Assembly: GCA_963664705.1 (NCBI GenBank)
Contig: OY761556.1
Span: 3,968,001 to 4,032,000, forward strand
Direction: 5' to 3'
Length of the DNA: 64,000 nt
Source: Acidobacteriota bacterium
GTDB taxonomy: Bacteria > Acidobacteriota > UBA6911
The translations under genes were made by a program, and so were the position numbers. The stretch's first letter is position 1. Each line of letters starts with the position of its first letter. The notes below the pieces were generated by a model. The model did not search any database, was not told the origin of the DNA, and saw only the letters and a list, made by a program, of their open reading frames with translations. Below are positions 30,944-40,625 of the stretch, one piece after another.

Positions 30944-32308
30944 TTATTTGAAGGCAACCGAATTCAGGATCTGTTTGAACGCCGGCTGATAGTTGATAAA
31001 TTCATTTTCCGGAGCCACGAATACAAAGTAAACCAATCCTTCCGGGCGAAGCACGGTCACAATCCAGTCGGTCTCCCGCCCTCCGACCGGAGAATTATTC
31101 ACGAACATCCTCGACAGCGCATTTTGCCCCGCTACTTTGATCTGGCCCAAATCCTTCGAAAGGCGCATTGCAGAATTGGAGCTCTGCATGTCCTGCGTCA
31201 GTTGATTGGTGGCATCTTTCAGGCTTGGCCGGCTGCCGGAACCAAGAGTGCGCACCGACATGATAGTGCCATACGCCAAAGCCTCGTTATTGCCGGCTTG
31301 CACAATTCCGCCATCCGGAGCGAGCGTAAACGCCTGTTTCTCTCCATAGGCTTTCCAGTTATCCGGATGCCGTACTCGCAGGTTGTCGACCTCATAAGTC
31401 TGGAACCGGCTCGACGGAAGGGCCGGACGGGCCGGCTGCCCCTGCGGCGCCGGCTCTGAATCCTGTGTCTGCTGTGGACTGGATTTCGGAGCTGGAGGAA
31501 GAGATTTCACAAGGGCACGTATATTTTGGAATTCCCGGTCATTTCCGATTCCGCTTGGGCTCATTCCAAGCTTGCTGATTTCGGCACTGATATTCTGGAT
31601 TCTGTTCTCGGGATTTGGATGACTGCTGAAGAAATCGGTCCCGCGCCCTTTTGTATCGAGTTTCTCGAAGAAGGTTGCGAGATACTTCGGATCATAGCCG
31701 GTATCGAACAAAATCTGCGCGCCCATCAAGTCGGCCTGGCGTTCGTCATCCCTGGAATATTTCAACAGAATGGAATTTGCGGCAAACTTGGTTCCGATCT
31801 GTGCCAGGACTGCCCCGAACGACTTGCTTCCAAGTATGCCACCGAGTATCGCAAGAGGAGCCTGAGCAACATATTGTTTGCTTGCCTGGTTTGTTCCGTG
31901 ACGCAATACCACATGGCCTATCTCATGGCCTATGACTCCCGCCAACTCCGCTTCATTATCCGCGGCCTCGATGGTTCCCCGATTCACATAGAGAAAGCCG
32001 CCGGGAAGTGCAAATGCGTTGATACTCGCGTCATTCACACATTTAAATTGGTAGGGATATTTCTCTCCGGGAGCACCCGCAGCCAGCTTTTTCCCCAGGC
32101 GATTCAGATAATCGTCCACGCGGGAATTATTCAGCATTGAAAGCGTCTTCTCGGCATCCGCAGATACCTGCTTGCCCAATTCAACATCCTGTTGTGGCGA
32201 GAATAAATTCCATCCCGGCTTCAGCGGAGTACGTTGGGCAAAAGCCGTAAACGAAGCTACCGCCAGCAGGCCCGTCGTAAGAAGCAAAGCCATCAAGTAT
32301 CGTCGCAT
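30944..32308 (-). CDS. M48-family (BepA/YfgC-like) exported zinc metalloprotease with extra C-terminal domain
   Basis: INAFALPGG, HEIGH, YSRDDERQAD, FSSHP; signal peptide from MRRYLMALL (32308). Confidence 0.92.
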   Translation of the reverse strand: MRRYLMALLLTTGLLAVASFTAFAQRTPLKPGWNLFSPQQDVELGKQVSADAEKTLSMLNNSRVDDYLNRLGKKLAAGAPGEKYPYQFKCVNDASINAFALPGGFLYVNRGTIEAADNEAELAGVIGHEIGHVVLRHGTNQASKQYVAQAPLAILGGILGSKSFGAVLAQIGTKFAANSILLKYSRDDERQADLMGAQILFDTGYDPKYLATFFEKLDTKGRGTDFFSSHPNPENRIQNISAEISKLGMSPSGIGNDREFQNIRALVKSLPPAPKSSPQQTQDSEPAPQGQPARPALPSSRFQTYEVDNLRVRHPDNWKAYGEKQAFTLAPDGGIVQAGNNEALAYGTIMSVRTLGSGSRPSLKDATNQLTQDMQSSNSAMRLSKDLGQIKVAGQNALSRMFVNNSPVGGRETDWIVTVLRPEGLVYFVFVAPENEFINYQPAFKQILNSVAFK

Positions 32309-32405
32309 GCCGTTTCGCTCCTCCATTTTTCTACTCATACAAATTAGCAAAATGATAGCATCGGCTACGCCCTTATGCACAGTAAATGGCCGCAAAACAC
32401 TTTGC

Positions 32406-33833
32406 TTATTTGGAGAGTTGGACAGGGAGCGTGTGTTCGACTCCCTTTCTGTTGACCTGAATAATTGCCTGATTGCCCCAGGCATGTGTCTGCAGGAAGG
32501 AAGCGAACTCGAGACCATCGGTGATGGGTTGCCCGTCAATGGAAAGAATCACATCACCAATCTGCATCCCGGCAAGATCCGCGGGCGAATTGCGCTGTAT
32601 ATCGAGGATCAGCAGCCCATTCTGCACCGGGACCTGCAGAGATTCCGCAAGGGATTCATCCAGAAGGATGGTGTCTACGCCAATCAGCAGGCGCTGATTT
32701 CTAGGAGCTGGTTCGGAAATAAGGCTGGAAACCGGCAGACCGACTGAATCCTGCATGCTGAAAGACAGTCTTCCGAGGCTGGGCTGGGTTTTGCGAGCCG
32801 CAACCATGGCACTGAGCATTACGGGTTTCCCGCGGCGAAAAACTTCAATACTCGCTTTAGACCCTATGGAGGATCCCTCGATAAGCTGGATGTAATGGCT
32901 GCTGTTGCGGATCCTCTCACCGTTAAACGTCCGCAAAAAATCGCCGGAGACCAGACCGGCTTCCTGGGCGGGGCTATTGGGCTCCACCCGCAGGACGAGA
33001 ACGCCTGAACCGAATACGGGATTTGAATCGACCACATATAGTCCAAGCCAGCCTGCGCGAATATCCGCTCCGGTCTTGATGATCTTCTCCGCAGATGCAA
33101 GCAGCTGGGAGATGGGGTAAACCGTATTGCGAATTCCCAACGGATCCTGGTTGGCAATAAAGCCAAGCACCCGATGATCGGCCGTAAGAATCGGCTGCCC
33201 TATGTCGGGAAAAGGACGATCCACGGTAATGATCCACTCGCCTGGTTCCGGATCCGTTGTTCCCGCCCCTATCGAAACAATCTGGGCTTTTCGCAATTGC
33301 GATAATCTTGGAGACACCGGCGCCATAACCGTAGTCCCACCTTTGACCGCGCATTCATCACAGATGAGAGTTTTCGGCAGCTTACCGCCAATCATTTTGA
33401 CAACCGCCACTCCATTCCGCTGATCAATGCCAACCAGCCTGCCTTTGCATTTTTGCCCGGCACCCGATACTTCAATGGTCAAGTCGTGACCCTGGACATC
33501 GAGCCAGCGATATCCGAGGAAAGTCATGACGTTTCCTTTGAGGTCAAGGACGATTCCGGTCGAAGAAAGCGACTGGATAACGATCGGGCTTTCGGTCACG
33601 AGTTTGCCGTTTATTTCGACCGTATCCTTGGGGCCATGATATTTGGAAACGATGTTGACCCGAACCAGTGTAGGCCGCGATTCCTCGCTTTGCGTTTTCT
33701 GCGGTCCGGATCCCATAAAAAAGAGGGGAAAATTCCCGGCAAGGGTGTGCGGAGTAAAAACAAAGAGCGAGCAGCAGGTCAAAATCCGGATTAACAATGA
33801 ATTGGCAGACATTGTCCCGGCCATGATCTTCAA
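32406..33833 (-). CDS. HtrA-like protein with degenerate protease domain and two PDZ domains
   Basis: STGIVLD..GNVMTF and GRLVGID..GVAVVK follow the trypsin fold, but PFPDIGQPIL replaces GNSGGPL. PDZ motifs GWLGL, SPAQEAGL, SPADLAGM. Confidence 0.75.
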   Translation of the reverse strand: MKIMAGTMSANSLLIRILTCCSLFVFTPHTLAGNFPLFFMGSGPQKTQSEESRPTLVRVNIVSKYHGPKDTVEINGKLVTESPIVIQSLSSTGIVLDLKGNVMTFLGYRWLDVQGHDLTIEVSGAGQKCKGRLVGIDQRNGVAVVKMIGGKLPKTLICDECAVKGGTTVMAPVSPRLSQLRKAQIVSIGAGTTDPEPGEWIITVDRPFPDIGQPILTADHRVLGFIANQDPLGIRNTVYPISQLLASAEKIIKTGADIRAGWLGLYVVDSNPVFGSGVLVLRVEPNSPAQEAGLVSGDFLRTFNGERIRNSSHYIQLIEGSSIGSKASIEVFRRGKPVMLSAMVAARKTQPSLGRLSFSMQDSVGLPVSSLISEPAPRNQRLLIGVDTILLDESLAESLQVPVQNGLLILDIQRNSPADLAGMQIGDVILSIDGQPITDGLEFASFLQTHAWGNQAIIQVNRKGVEHTLPVQLSK

Positions 33834-34534
33834 TGGCTTACATTCCGGATAAAGTTTTCTTCGGGAGTCTGGCCATACCGCAACCGCGGCTTATTCGGCC
33901 AGCGCACGCTGACCGGGCGATTATCCGGCCCCATAACCTGAAATTCCACATAGTCTGACTCACCCACTTCCCTGTCCACCATCTGCTCAACACCAGGGCT
34001 CAAAGGTTGAGGCTCTTGAACAGGCTGTGAGGTTTTGGCCACCACCGGAACAGCCAAACGATTCGCCGGCATTTCCACCGCCGGTGCGGCAACAGGCAGA
34101 GGCTTTGCCATCTGGATTGCTTTTGCAGGTTCCTGCGAAGCGACTGCAGGCGTACCGGCAGGGCGGCTGGTGCCGAAGAAAACGGGGTACAGGTAAAAGA
34201 TTCCGATGCCCATCATAACCAGAAAAGAAGATGCCAATGCCAGCTTTCGAGCGGATGGGAAGTCAACTCCATACAACCAGAACCGACGGAACAGGGAGAA
34301 CCCGCTGCGAGACTTCTCCTTTCCGATTTCAGCCAGAATCCGCGACTCGAAATTGTCAGGGGCTTTGACGCGTTCGATTTGTTGAGCCAGCCGGTGTAAT
34401 CGCTGCGCATCAGCCATGGCTTTGCCACACCCGATACACTGTTGTGCATGGCGCTCCATTCCGAAACGGCCAGCAAAATCGAGTCCGTCGTCCAGATAGT
34501 CGTCTAAATCTCTGTGAAACTTGCGGCAATCCAT
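33830..34534 (-). CDS. Zinc-binding (zf-HC2) transmembrane anti-sigma factor
   Basis: HxxxCxxC (HAQQCIGC), one TM, Pro-rich periplasmic tail; directly downstream of the ECF sigma. Confidence 0.88.
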   Translation of the reverse strand: MDCRKFHRDLDDYLDDGLDFAGRFGMERHAQQCIGCGKAMADAQRLHRLAQQIERVKAPDNFESRILAEIGKEKSRSGFSLFRRFWLYGVDFPSARKLALASSFLVMMGIGIFYLYPVFFGTSRPAGTPAVASQEPAKAIQMAKPLPVAAPAVEMPANRLAVPVVAKTSQPVQEPQPLSPGVEQMVDREVGESDYVEFQVMGPDNRPVSVRWPNKPRLRYGQTPEENFIRNVSH

Positions 34535-34584
34535 AGCAAATTCAGTCTACGCAATGAACGTTTTCTTTGTCTCGACCCGGTGCT

Positions 34585-35268
34585 TTACGATTCGACATAT
34601 CTCTCCAGCTTTCGCTGGAGCAGCTCCCTTGCCCGATGGAGCCGTGATTTGATGGTACCCGCGGAGCAATTCAGCGCTTTTGCAATATCATCGTACGGAA
34701 GCTCCTGTACTTCCTTCATGATGAACGCGGTCCGATATTTCTCCGGCAGAGAACGGATTGCATCTCCCAATACCTGGCTGCTTTCCTTTCGCAACATTTC
34801 ATCGCGCGGCCCACGCCTGGCATCGGTCAGCTCAAACTCAGGAGTTTCTTTTTCAGCTTTTTGGCGATTACCCCAAATATTCCTGTAAAAAACGCGTCCC
34901 CGGCGCTTGCGGTACCGGATCTCGTCTATGGCCAAATTCGTGGCAATGCGATAGATCCAGGTGGAAAACTGATACATGTTGCTATAGCGATGGATGTTGC
35001 GATAGACGCGCAGAAAGGTCTCCTGGCACAGATCCACCGCTGTGTCGTAATCACCGACCATCATATTGAGATAGTTGGTGATCGAGTCTTTGTAGCGCGA
35101 AACTAGCTGCCCGAAAGCCGCATCATTCCCAGCGATAAACTCCCGGACCAGACTGTTGTCGCTCGTCGGCGCGTCTGAAACCTCTAAATCAATGCTGTGC
35201 AAGACTTCTTCCCGGAGTTCGGAAGTCAATCTCATTTCCTCCAGGCTTCTGTTGGAGCTCCATTGCAT
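34585..35268 (-). CDS. ECF RNA polymerase sigma factor (RpoE/SigW-like)
   Basis: DLCQETFLRVY, FSTWIYRIATNLAID, GTIKSRLHRAR. Confidence 0.95.
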   Translation of the reverse strand: MQWSSNRSLEEMRLTSELREEVLHSIDLEVSDAPTSDNSLVREFIAGNDAAFGQLVSRYKDSITNYLNMMVGDYDTAVDLCQETFLRVYRNIHRYSNMYQFSTWIYRIATNLAIDEIRYRKRRGRVFYRNIWGNRQKAEKETPEFELTDARRGPRDEMLRKESSQVLGDAIRSLPEKYRTAFIMKEVQELPYDDIAKALNCSAGTIKSRLHRARELLQRKLERYVES

Positions 35269-35293
35269 CCACAGATCCCGAACTACACTGTTC

Positions 35294-35320
35294 TACACGT
35301 CAATACGGGATTTAGGTTCC
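35294..35320 (-). promoter_or_regulatory. Autoregulatory ECF-type promoter
   Basis: Minus strand GGAAC-N16-CGTGTA directly upstream of the sigma gene. Confidence 0.6.
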
Positions 35321-35323
35321 GTA

Positions 35324-37951
35324 TTATTTCATATCCATCCAATTGTCGGCTACATTCAGGTCTACCTTCAGGGGAACCAGCAGCTCAGCGGCTCCTTCCA
35401 TTTCCTCCCGGACAAGGATACGTGCCGTTTCCACTTCCGTTTCAGGCACCTCTATGACGAGCTCGTCATGAACCTGGAGAAGGATTTTTGCAGCCAGGGA
35501 CTGCTCCCGCAAACGCTTGTGAATACGAATCATAGCAATCTTGATGATATCGGCTGCCGTCCCCTGAATCGGGCTGTTTACCGCCGTTCTCTCCGCAAAA
35601 TGCCGGAGATTGAAATCCTTGCTGTTGATGTCGGGAATAGGTCGAATCCGGTCATAAAGAGTTCGCACGGCCCCGGTCTGGCGTACTTCCTGGATAGTGT
35701 TATCCAGCCAGGCCCGGACGCCGGAATATCTCCTGAAATAGGCATCAATAAATGACTGTGACGCCTCTCTGGAAATTCCCAGCGTTTGAGACAGTCCAAA
35801 TGCGGACAGCCCGTAAACAATCCCGAAATTGATGACCTTGGCGCGGCGACGGCACTCCGACGGATTGGATATCGCCTCTTCGCCAAACACCTCTCGTGCC
35901 GTCCGCTCGTGGATATCCTCTCCAGATCGAAAAGCGCTCAGCAACACTTCATCCCTGGAAAGGTGCGCGAGGATTCTCAATTCCACCTGGGAATAATCAG
36001 CGGAGATCAGGGCGCTTCCCTTTTCAGCCACAAATGCTCCCCGAATCAGGCGGCCCAGCTCAGAGCGGATCGGAATATTTTGCAGGTTCGGATCGGAACT
36101 CGATAACCGTCCCGTTGCCGCCCCGGTCTGGTTATAGGATGTGTGCACCCGCCCGTCGTTGGGATGAATCAAAACGGGAAGGGCATCGACATAGGTGGAC
36201 TTCAGCTTGGAAATCTGGCGATACTCGAGGATAAGTTTTGGAAATTCATATGTTTGAGCCAGCTCTTCAAGGACCGCCTGGTCCGTGCTGTAGCCTCCCG
36301 TTTTTCGGGTTTTCTTCAAAATGGGCAGGTTCAGCTTCTCAAAGAGTATCTCACCCAACTGCTTCGGAGAGTTGATGTTGAAAGACATACCGGCGGCCTT
36401 GTAGATACTCTCCGTAAGTCCAGCCAGTTGCTTTTCCATCTCGGAAGACATTTGCTGCAGCATCTTGCGATCGACTTTTATCCCGGTATTCTCCATGTCG
36501 GCCAACACCGGAACCAGCGGGAGCTCAATTTCCTGATAGAGCTTCCGAAGCCCCAGTTCGTCAATGCGCGGACCCAATATTTCGTGGAGCCGTCGCACAG
36601 CTTCGAGCCGCCGACAGGATCCTTCTATGGATATCTCCGGCTCCGGAAGCAAGGATCCCTGCTTTCGGGCTTTTTCTTCTTCGATCGAGACATGCAGAAG
36701 ATCCAAAGCCCACTGCTTCAGGCTGTAATCTCCTGCGTTCGGGGAAGAGAGAAAAGCCATCAGCATGACGTCATCCGGGGTCTCACCAACCTGCACGCCG
36801 CAGCTCTCCTGCGACAGCTTGTATAGTTTGGCATCCCAGCAGACTCGCTTCGGAGCACTATTCATGCACAGGCTCCGCCACTGCGCCAGTTGGGATTCCT
36901 TTCGAAGATCGACGAGAACCGCGTCACCGGAGTCGCCCTGAACGCACGCAACAATGGCTGTCTTTCGGCCCAGGAGATCCGGCGCATGGGTAAGATCAAT
37001 GTACAATCGCGACTGCTTTCCCATGGTATCGACAAACCGGGCAGAGTCTCTGTCGCTAAGCCAATTCCCCTTCAAAGGCTCCTGCGGAGCTTGTTGTTCG
37101 TCGAGAAACTCGCGCATCAGGCCCTTAAATTCCATTTCGGAAAATAGCTCAAACGCAGCCTTGCGATTGGGTTCACACAGGACGAGCTCAGGCAGATCAA
37201 GTTCGATCGGCAGATTCCGATGTATGGTGACGAGTTCCAGGCTCATCCTTATCAGATCCACATTGTCGCGCAGACTTTCCTGATAAGTCTTCCTTTTTAC
37301 CTTTTCCCAGTTCTGCAGGACATTTTCGAGTGTGCCGTATGTTTGGATCAGCTCCTTGGCGCCCTTCTCGCCTATCCCTGGAGCACCCGGGACATTATCG
37401 GAGGCATCGCCCCACAGTCCGAGCAGGTCCGCCACCTGATCCGGCCGCACGCCGAGTTTTTCCTGAACCTTCTGGGAATCGAGGATTGTGTCTTTCGCCG
37501 CATCAAACACCACAACGCAATCTGAGACAAGCTGCAACATATCCTTGTCGCTGGTAACAATAACGGTCTGAAGTCCCTGCTGGGTCGCCTTCAGCGAAAG
37601 CGTACCGATCACATCGTCGGCCTCAAAGCCCTCGTGGCCGATGACAGGGACACAAAAAGCCTCACACACCTTGAGGATGTATGGAATCTGCTGAACAAGA
37701 TCCGGCGGCATGGGCTTCCGCGTGGCCTTGTATTCCTGATACTTTTCGTGACGAACCGTCGGCCCCTCCAGATCCAGCGCCACTCCGATGTAGTCGGGAT
37801 TCTGATCCTGAATGAGCTTTCGGAGCATGGACGTAAAGCCGAAAATGGCATTGGTCGGCATGCCCTTGCTGTTGCTAAGGTTGCGAATGGCATAATATGC
37901 CCGATAAATGTGGGACATGCCGTCGATGAGAAACAGACGCTTGGAAGTCAC
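35324..37951 (-). CDS. polA: DNA polymerase I
   Basis: LFLIDG (5'-3' exonuclease), ADYSQVELR, KVINFGIVYG, LQVHDEL. GTG start at 37951 with AGAGGA RBS. Confidence 0.98.
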   Translation of the reverse strand: MTSKRLFLIDGMSHIYRAYYAIRNLSNSKGMPTNAIFGFTSMLRKLIQDQNPDYIGVALDLEGPTVRHEKYQEYKATRKPMPPDLVQQIPYILKVCEAFCVPVIGHEGFEADDVIGTLSLKATQQGLQTVIVTSDKDMLQLVSDCVVVFDAAKDTILDSQKVQEKLGVRPDQVADLLGLWGDASDNVPGAPGIGEKGAKELIQTYGTLENVLQNWEKVKRKTYQESLRDNVDLIRMSLELVTIHRNLPIELDLPELVLCEPNRKAAFELFSEMEFKGLMREFLDEQQAPQEPLKGNWLSDRDSARFVDTMGKQSRLYIDLTHAPDLLGRKTAIVACVQGDSGDAVLVDLRKESQLAQWRSLCMNSAPKRVCWDAKLYKLSQESCGVQVGETPDDVMLMAFLSSPNAGDYSLKQWALDLLHVSIEEEKARKQGSLLPEPEISIEGSCRRLEAVRRLHEILGPRIDELGLRKLYQEIELPLVPVLADMENTGIKVDRKMLQQMSSEMEKQLAGLTESIYKAAGMSFNINSPKQLGEILFEKLNLPILKKTRKTGGYSTDQAVLEELAQTYEFPKLILEYRQISKLKSTYVDALPVLIHPNDGRVHTSYNQTGAATGRLSSSDPNLQNIPIRSELGRLIRGAFVAEKGSALISADYSQVELRILAHLSRDEVLLSAFRSGEDIHERTAREVFGEEAISNPSECRRRAKVINFGIVYGLSAFGLSQTLGISREASQSFIDAYFRRYSGVRAWLDNTIQEVRQTGAVRTLYDRIRPIPDINSKDFNLRHFAERTAVNSPIQGTAADIIKIAMIRIHKRLREQSLAAKILLQVHDELVIEVPETEVETARILVREEMEGAAELLVPLKVDLNVADNWMDMK

Positions 37952-38030
37952 TGGAAATCCTCTTTTGGTATGATTGCGCCGGCCAGGTGATTGTAACATG
38001 CTCTGCGCCGCTGGCAATTTGCGCGCATTC

Positions 38031-39026
38031 TCATGAAATTGAATTTTGTATATCTGCCAGATTCCCGGCTGCTTTTTTCCCTTTTCGCGCCCGTGGATGA
38101 CAGGACTGGTAAACGCGCATAAGCTGCTCCACGGAAACATGGGTATATTTCTGAGTCGTTGACAAACTCTCATGCCCCAGCAGTTCCTGGATGGCGCGCA
38201 AATCCGCGCCGGCGTTGAGCATATGGGTCGCGAATGTATGCCGAAGCGTGTGCGGATGCACTCGCAGCCTCTGGGCCAGTTGGGCGACATGCCGGTTAAC
38301 AATATTTCCGATGCTTCGCGCGGTTAACCTTCCTCCGCGCAAATTCAAGAAAACCGCCTCCGCTGGAAATTTCGCTTTTGCGGGAGTCTCCGGGGTTTTC
38401 CTGAGATGCCGTCCTCGCACATCGAGGTAATCCCGCAGCGCCTCCGTCGCTCGACTTCCAAAGGGGACAATCCGCTCCTTTCTACCCTTGCCAACAACCC
38501 GCACGAGCCCTTCGTGGATACTGAGATCTCCAAGATTCAGCCCAACCAGTTCGCCAACGCGCAATCCGGAACCATACAAAAGCTCCAATATGGCTTTATC
38601 ACGCTTCCCCGAATCAGAAGCGGTATCCGGGGCCTCGACAAGCTCCGTAACGGTATCAATGGTAAGGTAGTCCGGCAAACGGCTTTCCAACTTCGGAGAG
38701 GAGACACTCTTGGCAGGACTGGTGCGAAGGATTCCCTTCGTGGTCAAAAACTTCATAAAGGAACGCACGGTTGCCAGTTTTCGCGCGACCGAGGATTTTT
38801 TGTTTCCTTTTTGATAGAGAATCCCGAGAAACTCGCGAATTGTAAGGTTATCCACCTGGTCGATATCAGGCTCCGGACGCGGTTCGCCTTCAGGGGTGTG
38901 GGTCAGGTATGAAAGAAACTGCTGCAAATCGGATTCGTAGTTTCGAAGCGTATGCGGGGAGGCATTCCTCTGGATGCGCAGGTATTCGAGATATTTCGCA
39001 ATCCAGTAACTCAGATTCTCGGCCAT
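38031..39026 (-). CDS. xerC: Tyrosine recombinase XerC
   Basis: GLRVGEL, GKGRKER, HPHTLRHTFATH, LLGH, TTQKY; follows trmFO. Start MAENLS with GAGGAG RBS. Confidence 0.9.
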   Translation of the reverse strand: MAENLSYWIAKYLEYLRIQRNASPHTLRNYESDLQQFLSYLTHTPEGEPRPEPDIDQVDNLTIREFLGILYQKGNKKSSVARKLATVRSFMKFLTTKGILRTSPAKSVSSPKLESRLPDYLTIDTVTELVEAPDTASDSGKRDKAILELLYGSGLRVGELVGLNLGDLSIHEGLVRVVGKGRKERIVPFGSRATEALRDYLDVRGRHLRKTPETPAKAKFPAEAVFLNLRGGRLTARSIGNIVNRHVAQLAQRLRVHPHTLRHTFATHMLNAGADLRAIQELLGHESLSTTQKYTHVSVEQLMRVYQSCHPRARKGKKAAGNLADIQNSIS

Positions 39027-39098
39027 TTCCCTCCTCGGAACACCAACGATCGCCAAATGCACTGAGCCCACGAGCGTATCAAAAATCGGGATAAGCTC

Positions 39099-40424
39099 CT
39101 AGCTGCCGCAACTTTCCAGCCAGGAATCCATGTTTTTGAGAGCTTCCTCGACCTGCAAGCGATGACGCTCCTTCTTGTCGCGAATGTGATCCCAAGTCAG
39201 GCCGGTTCCCTCATTTAGAAGCCCGAAGCTCATATTGACCGGCTGAAAGGAACTTAGCCCCGCCGAAGACACATAATGCACAAGGCTGCCGCAGGCAGTG
39301 GACTTGGGCGGAGCGGAGGTTGCCCGACCCCTCGCATAGGCCAGCGCGTTCAGACCCGCAAGCAGGCCTGTGGCAATCGATTCCACATATCCTTCAACGC
39401 CGCAGATTTGCCCGGCAAAGAACAGATCCGGTCTTGTCCTTACCTGGAGGGTGGGCGCAAGCAAACGCGGCGCATGGATATAGGAATTCCGATGGATCTG
39501 CCCAAATCGCAGGAACTCCGCATGCTCGAGGCCCGGGATCATCCGAAAAACCCGCCTCTGCTCCTGGAACTTCAGGTGATTCTGAAATCCGACCAGGTTA
39601 TAGCTATCGGATATTAGATTCTCCACTCGCAATTGCAGTGCGGCGTAGGGACGCTTTCCCGTGCGCGGATCGATAAGACCCACCGGCTTCATCGGACCAA
39701 ACCGCAGGGTATCGACCCCTCTGCGCGCGAGTTCCTCAATCGGCAGGCAGCCTTCAAAATATCGCGCACGTTCAAATGAATGCAATGGTACGGCTTCCGC
39801 ACTGATGAGCGCTTCGTAAAACCGCGTATATTCATCCTTCGAAAAAAAAGCATTCAGATAATCTTCCCCGCCTTTGCCGTACCTCGATGCGGCAAACAGC
39901 CTGGATTGATCAAGTGTTGACGCGTCGACAATCGGGGATATCGCGTCGTAGAAATACAGGTTCTGAGATCCGGCAAAAAGGATGATTGATTCAGAGAGAG
40001 ACTCCGATGTCAGAGGACCGGTGGCTACGATTGTGACTCCGCTGTCCGGAAGCTGCCGAAGCTCCTCCCGGATTATTTGAATATTCGGCGAACTGGATAT
40101 CTCCTGGCTGATGATATCGCTGAATTTTTCTCTATCCACAGCCAGCGCATGGCCTGCAGGCACTCGTGTCTGATCAGCAACGTGCAGAAGCAGGCTGCCC
40201 ATCCGTCGGAGTTCCTCTTTCAGGAGATAAGGCGCCGTACCTGGAAGATCGGATTTCAGCGAATTGCTGCATACAAGCTCGCCGAGTTTGTCCGTGCGAT
40301 GCGCGGGAGTGTTAACCGCAGGCCGCATTTCATACAGATGAACCCTTCCCCCTCGGCGGGCAACCTGCCAGGCTGCTTCGCATCCTGCAAGCCCGGCGCC
40401 AATTACGGTAACAATGGATTCCAT
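39099..40424 (-). CDS. trmFO: Folate-dependent tRNA m5U54 methyltransferase
   Basis: GAGLAGCEAA, ELVCSNSL, FYDAISP, FEGCLPIE, GVEGYVES. Confidence 0.97.
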   Translation of the reverse strand: MESIVTVIGAGLAGCEAAWQVARRGGRVHLYEMRPAVNTPAHRTDKLGELVCSNSLKSDLPGTAPYLLKEELRRMGSLLLHVADQTRVPAGHALAVDREKFSDIISQEISSSPNIQIIREELRQLPDSGVTIVATGPLTSESLSESIILFAGSQNLYFYDAISPIVDASTLDQSRLFAASRYGKGGEDYLNAFFSKDEYTRFYEALISAEAVPLHSFERARYFEGCLPIEELARRGVDTLRFGPMKPVGLIDPRTGKRPYAALQLRVENLISDSYNLVGFQNHLKFQEQRRVFRMIPGLEHAEFLRFGQIHRNSYIHAPRLLAPTLQVRTRPDLFFAGQICGVEGYVESIATGLLAGLNALAYARGRATSAPPKSTACGSLVHYVSSAGLSSFQPVNMSFGLLNEGTGLTWDHIRDKKERHRLQVEEALKNMDSWLESCGS

Positions 40425-40625
40425 CGTGGGATTTTAGCATACCCGCGTATCAGGTTTTCGGACATCCCAACACCAACTCCCGCCATTTCGGAATTTGGCG
40501 TTCCTTGACAAACGAATTGAGGCAGGGGCGCGCCTTTGGAGCATCCGCCAGGAAAGCCGAAATGCTTAGGATTTTTCCAGTGGCTTCGATATCATTTGAT
40601 TTTTTCTTTATTGTGGGAATTGGGA

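Noticed and set aside
37952-38302. N-terminal extensions of PolA, and of the radical SAM, OPT, M48, Omp85 and 8712 ORFs
   Set aside because: They overlap upstream genes or intergenic DNA; downstream starts fit better with RBS, signal peptides and family N-termini.
38031-39026. Tyrosine recombinase as an integrase of a mobile element
   Set aside because: XerC-like sequence in the housekeeping trmFO-xerC context; no att sites, phage genes or cargo.
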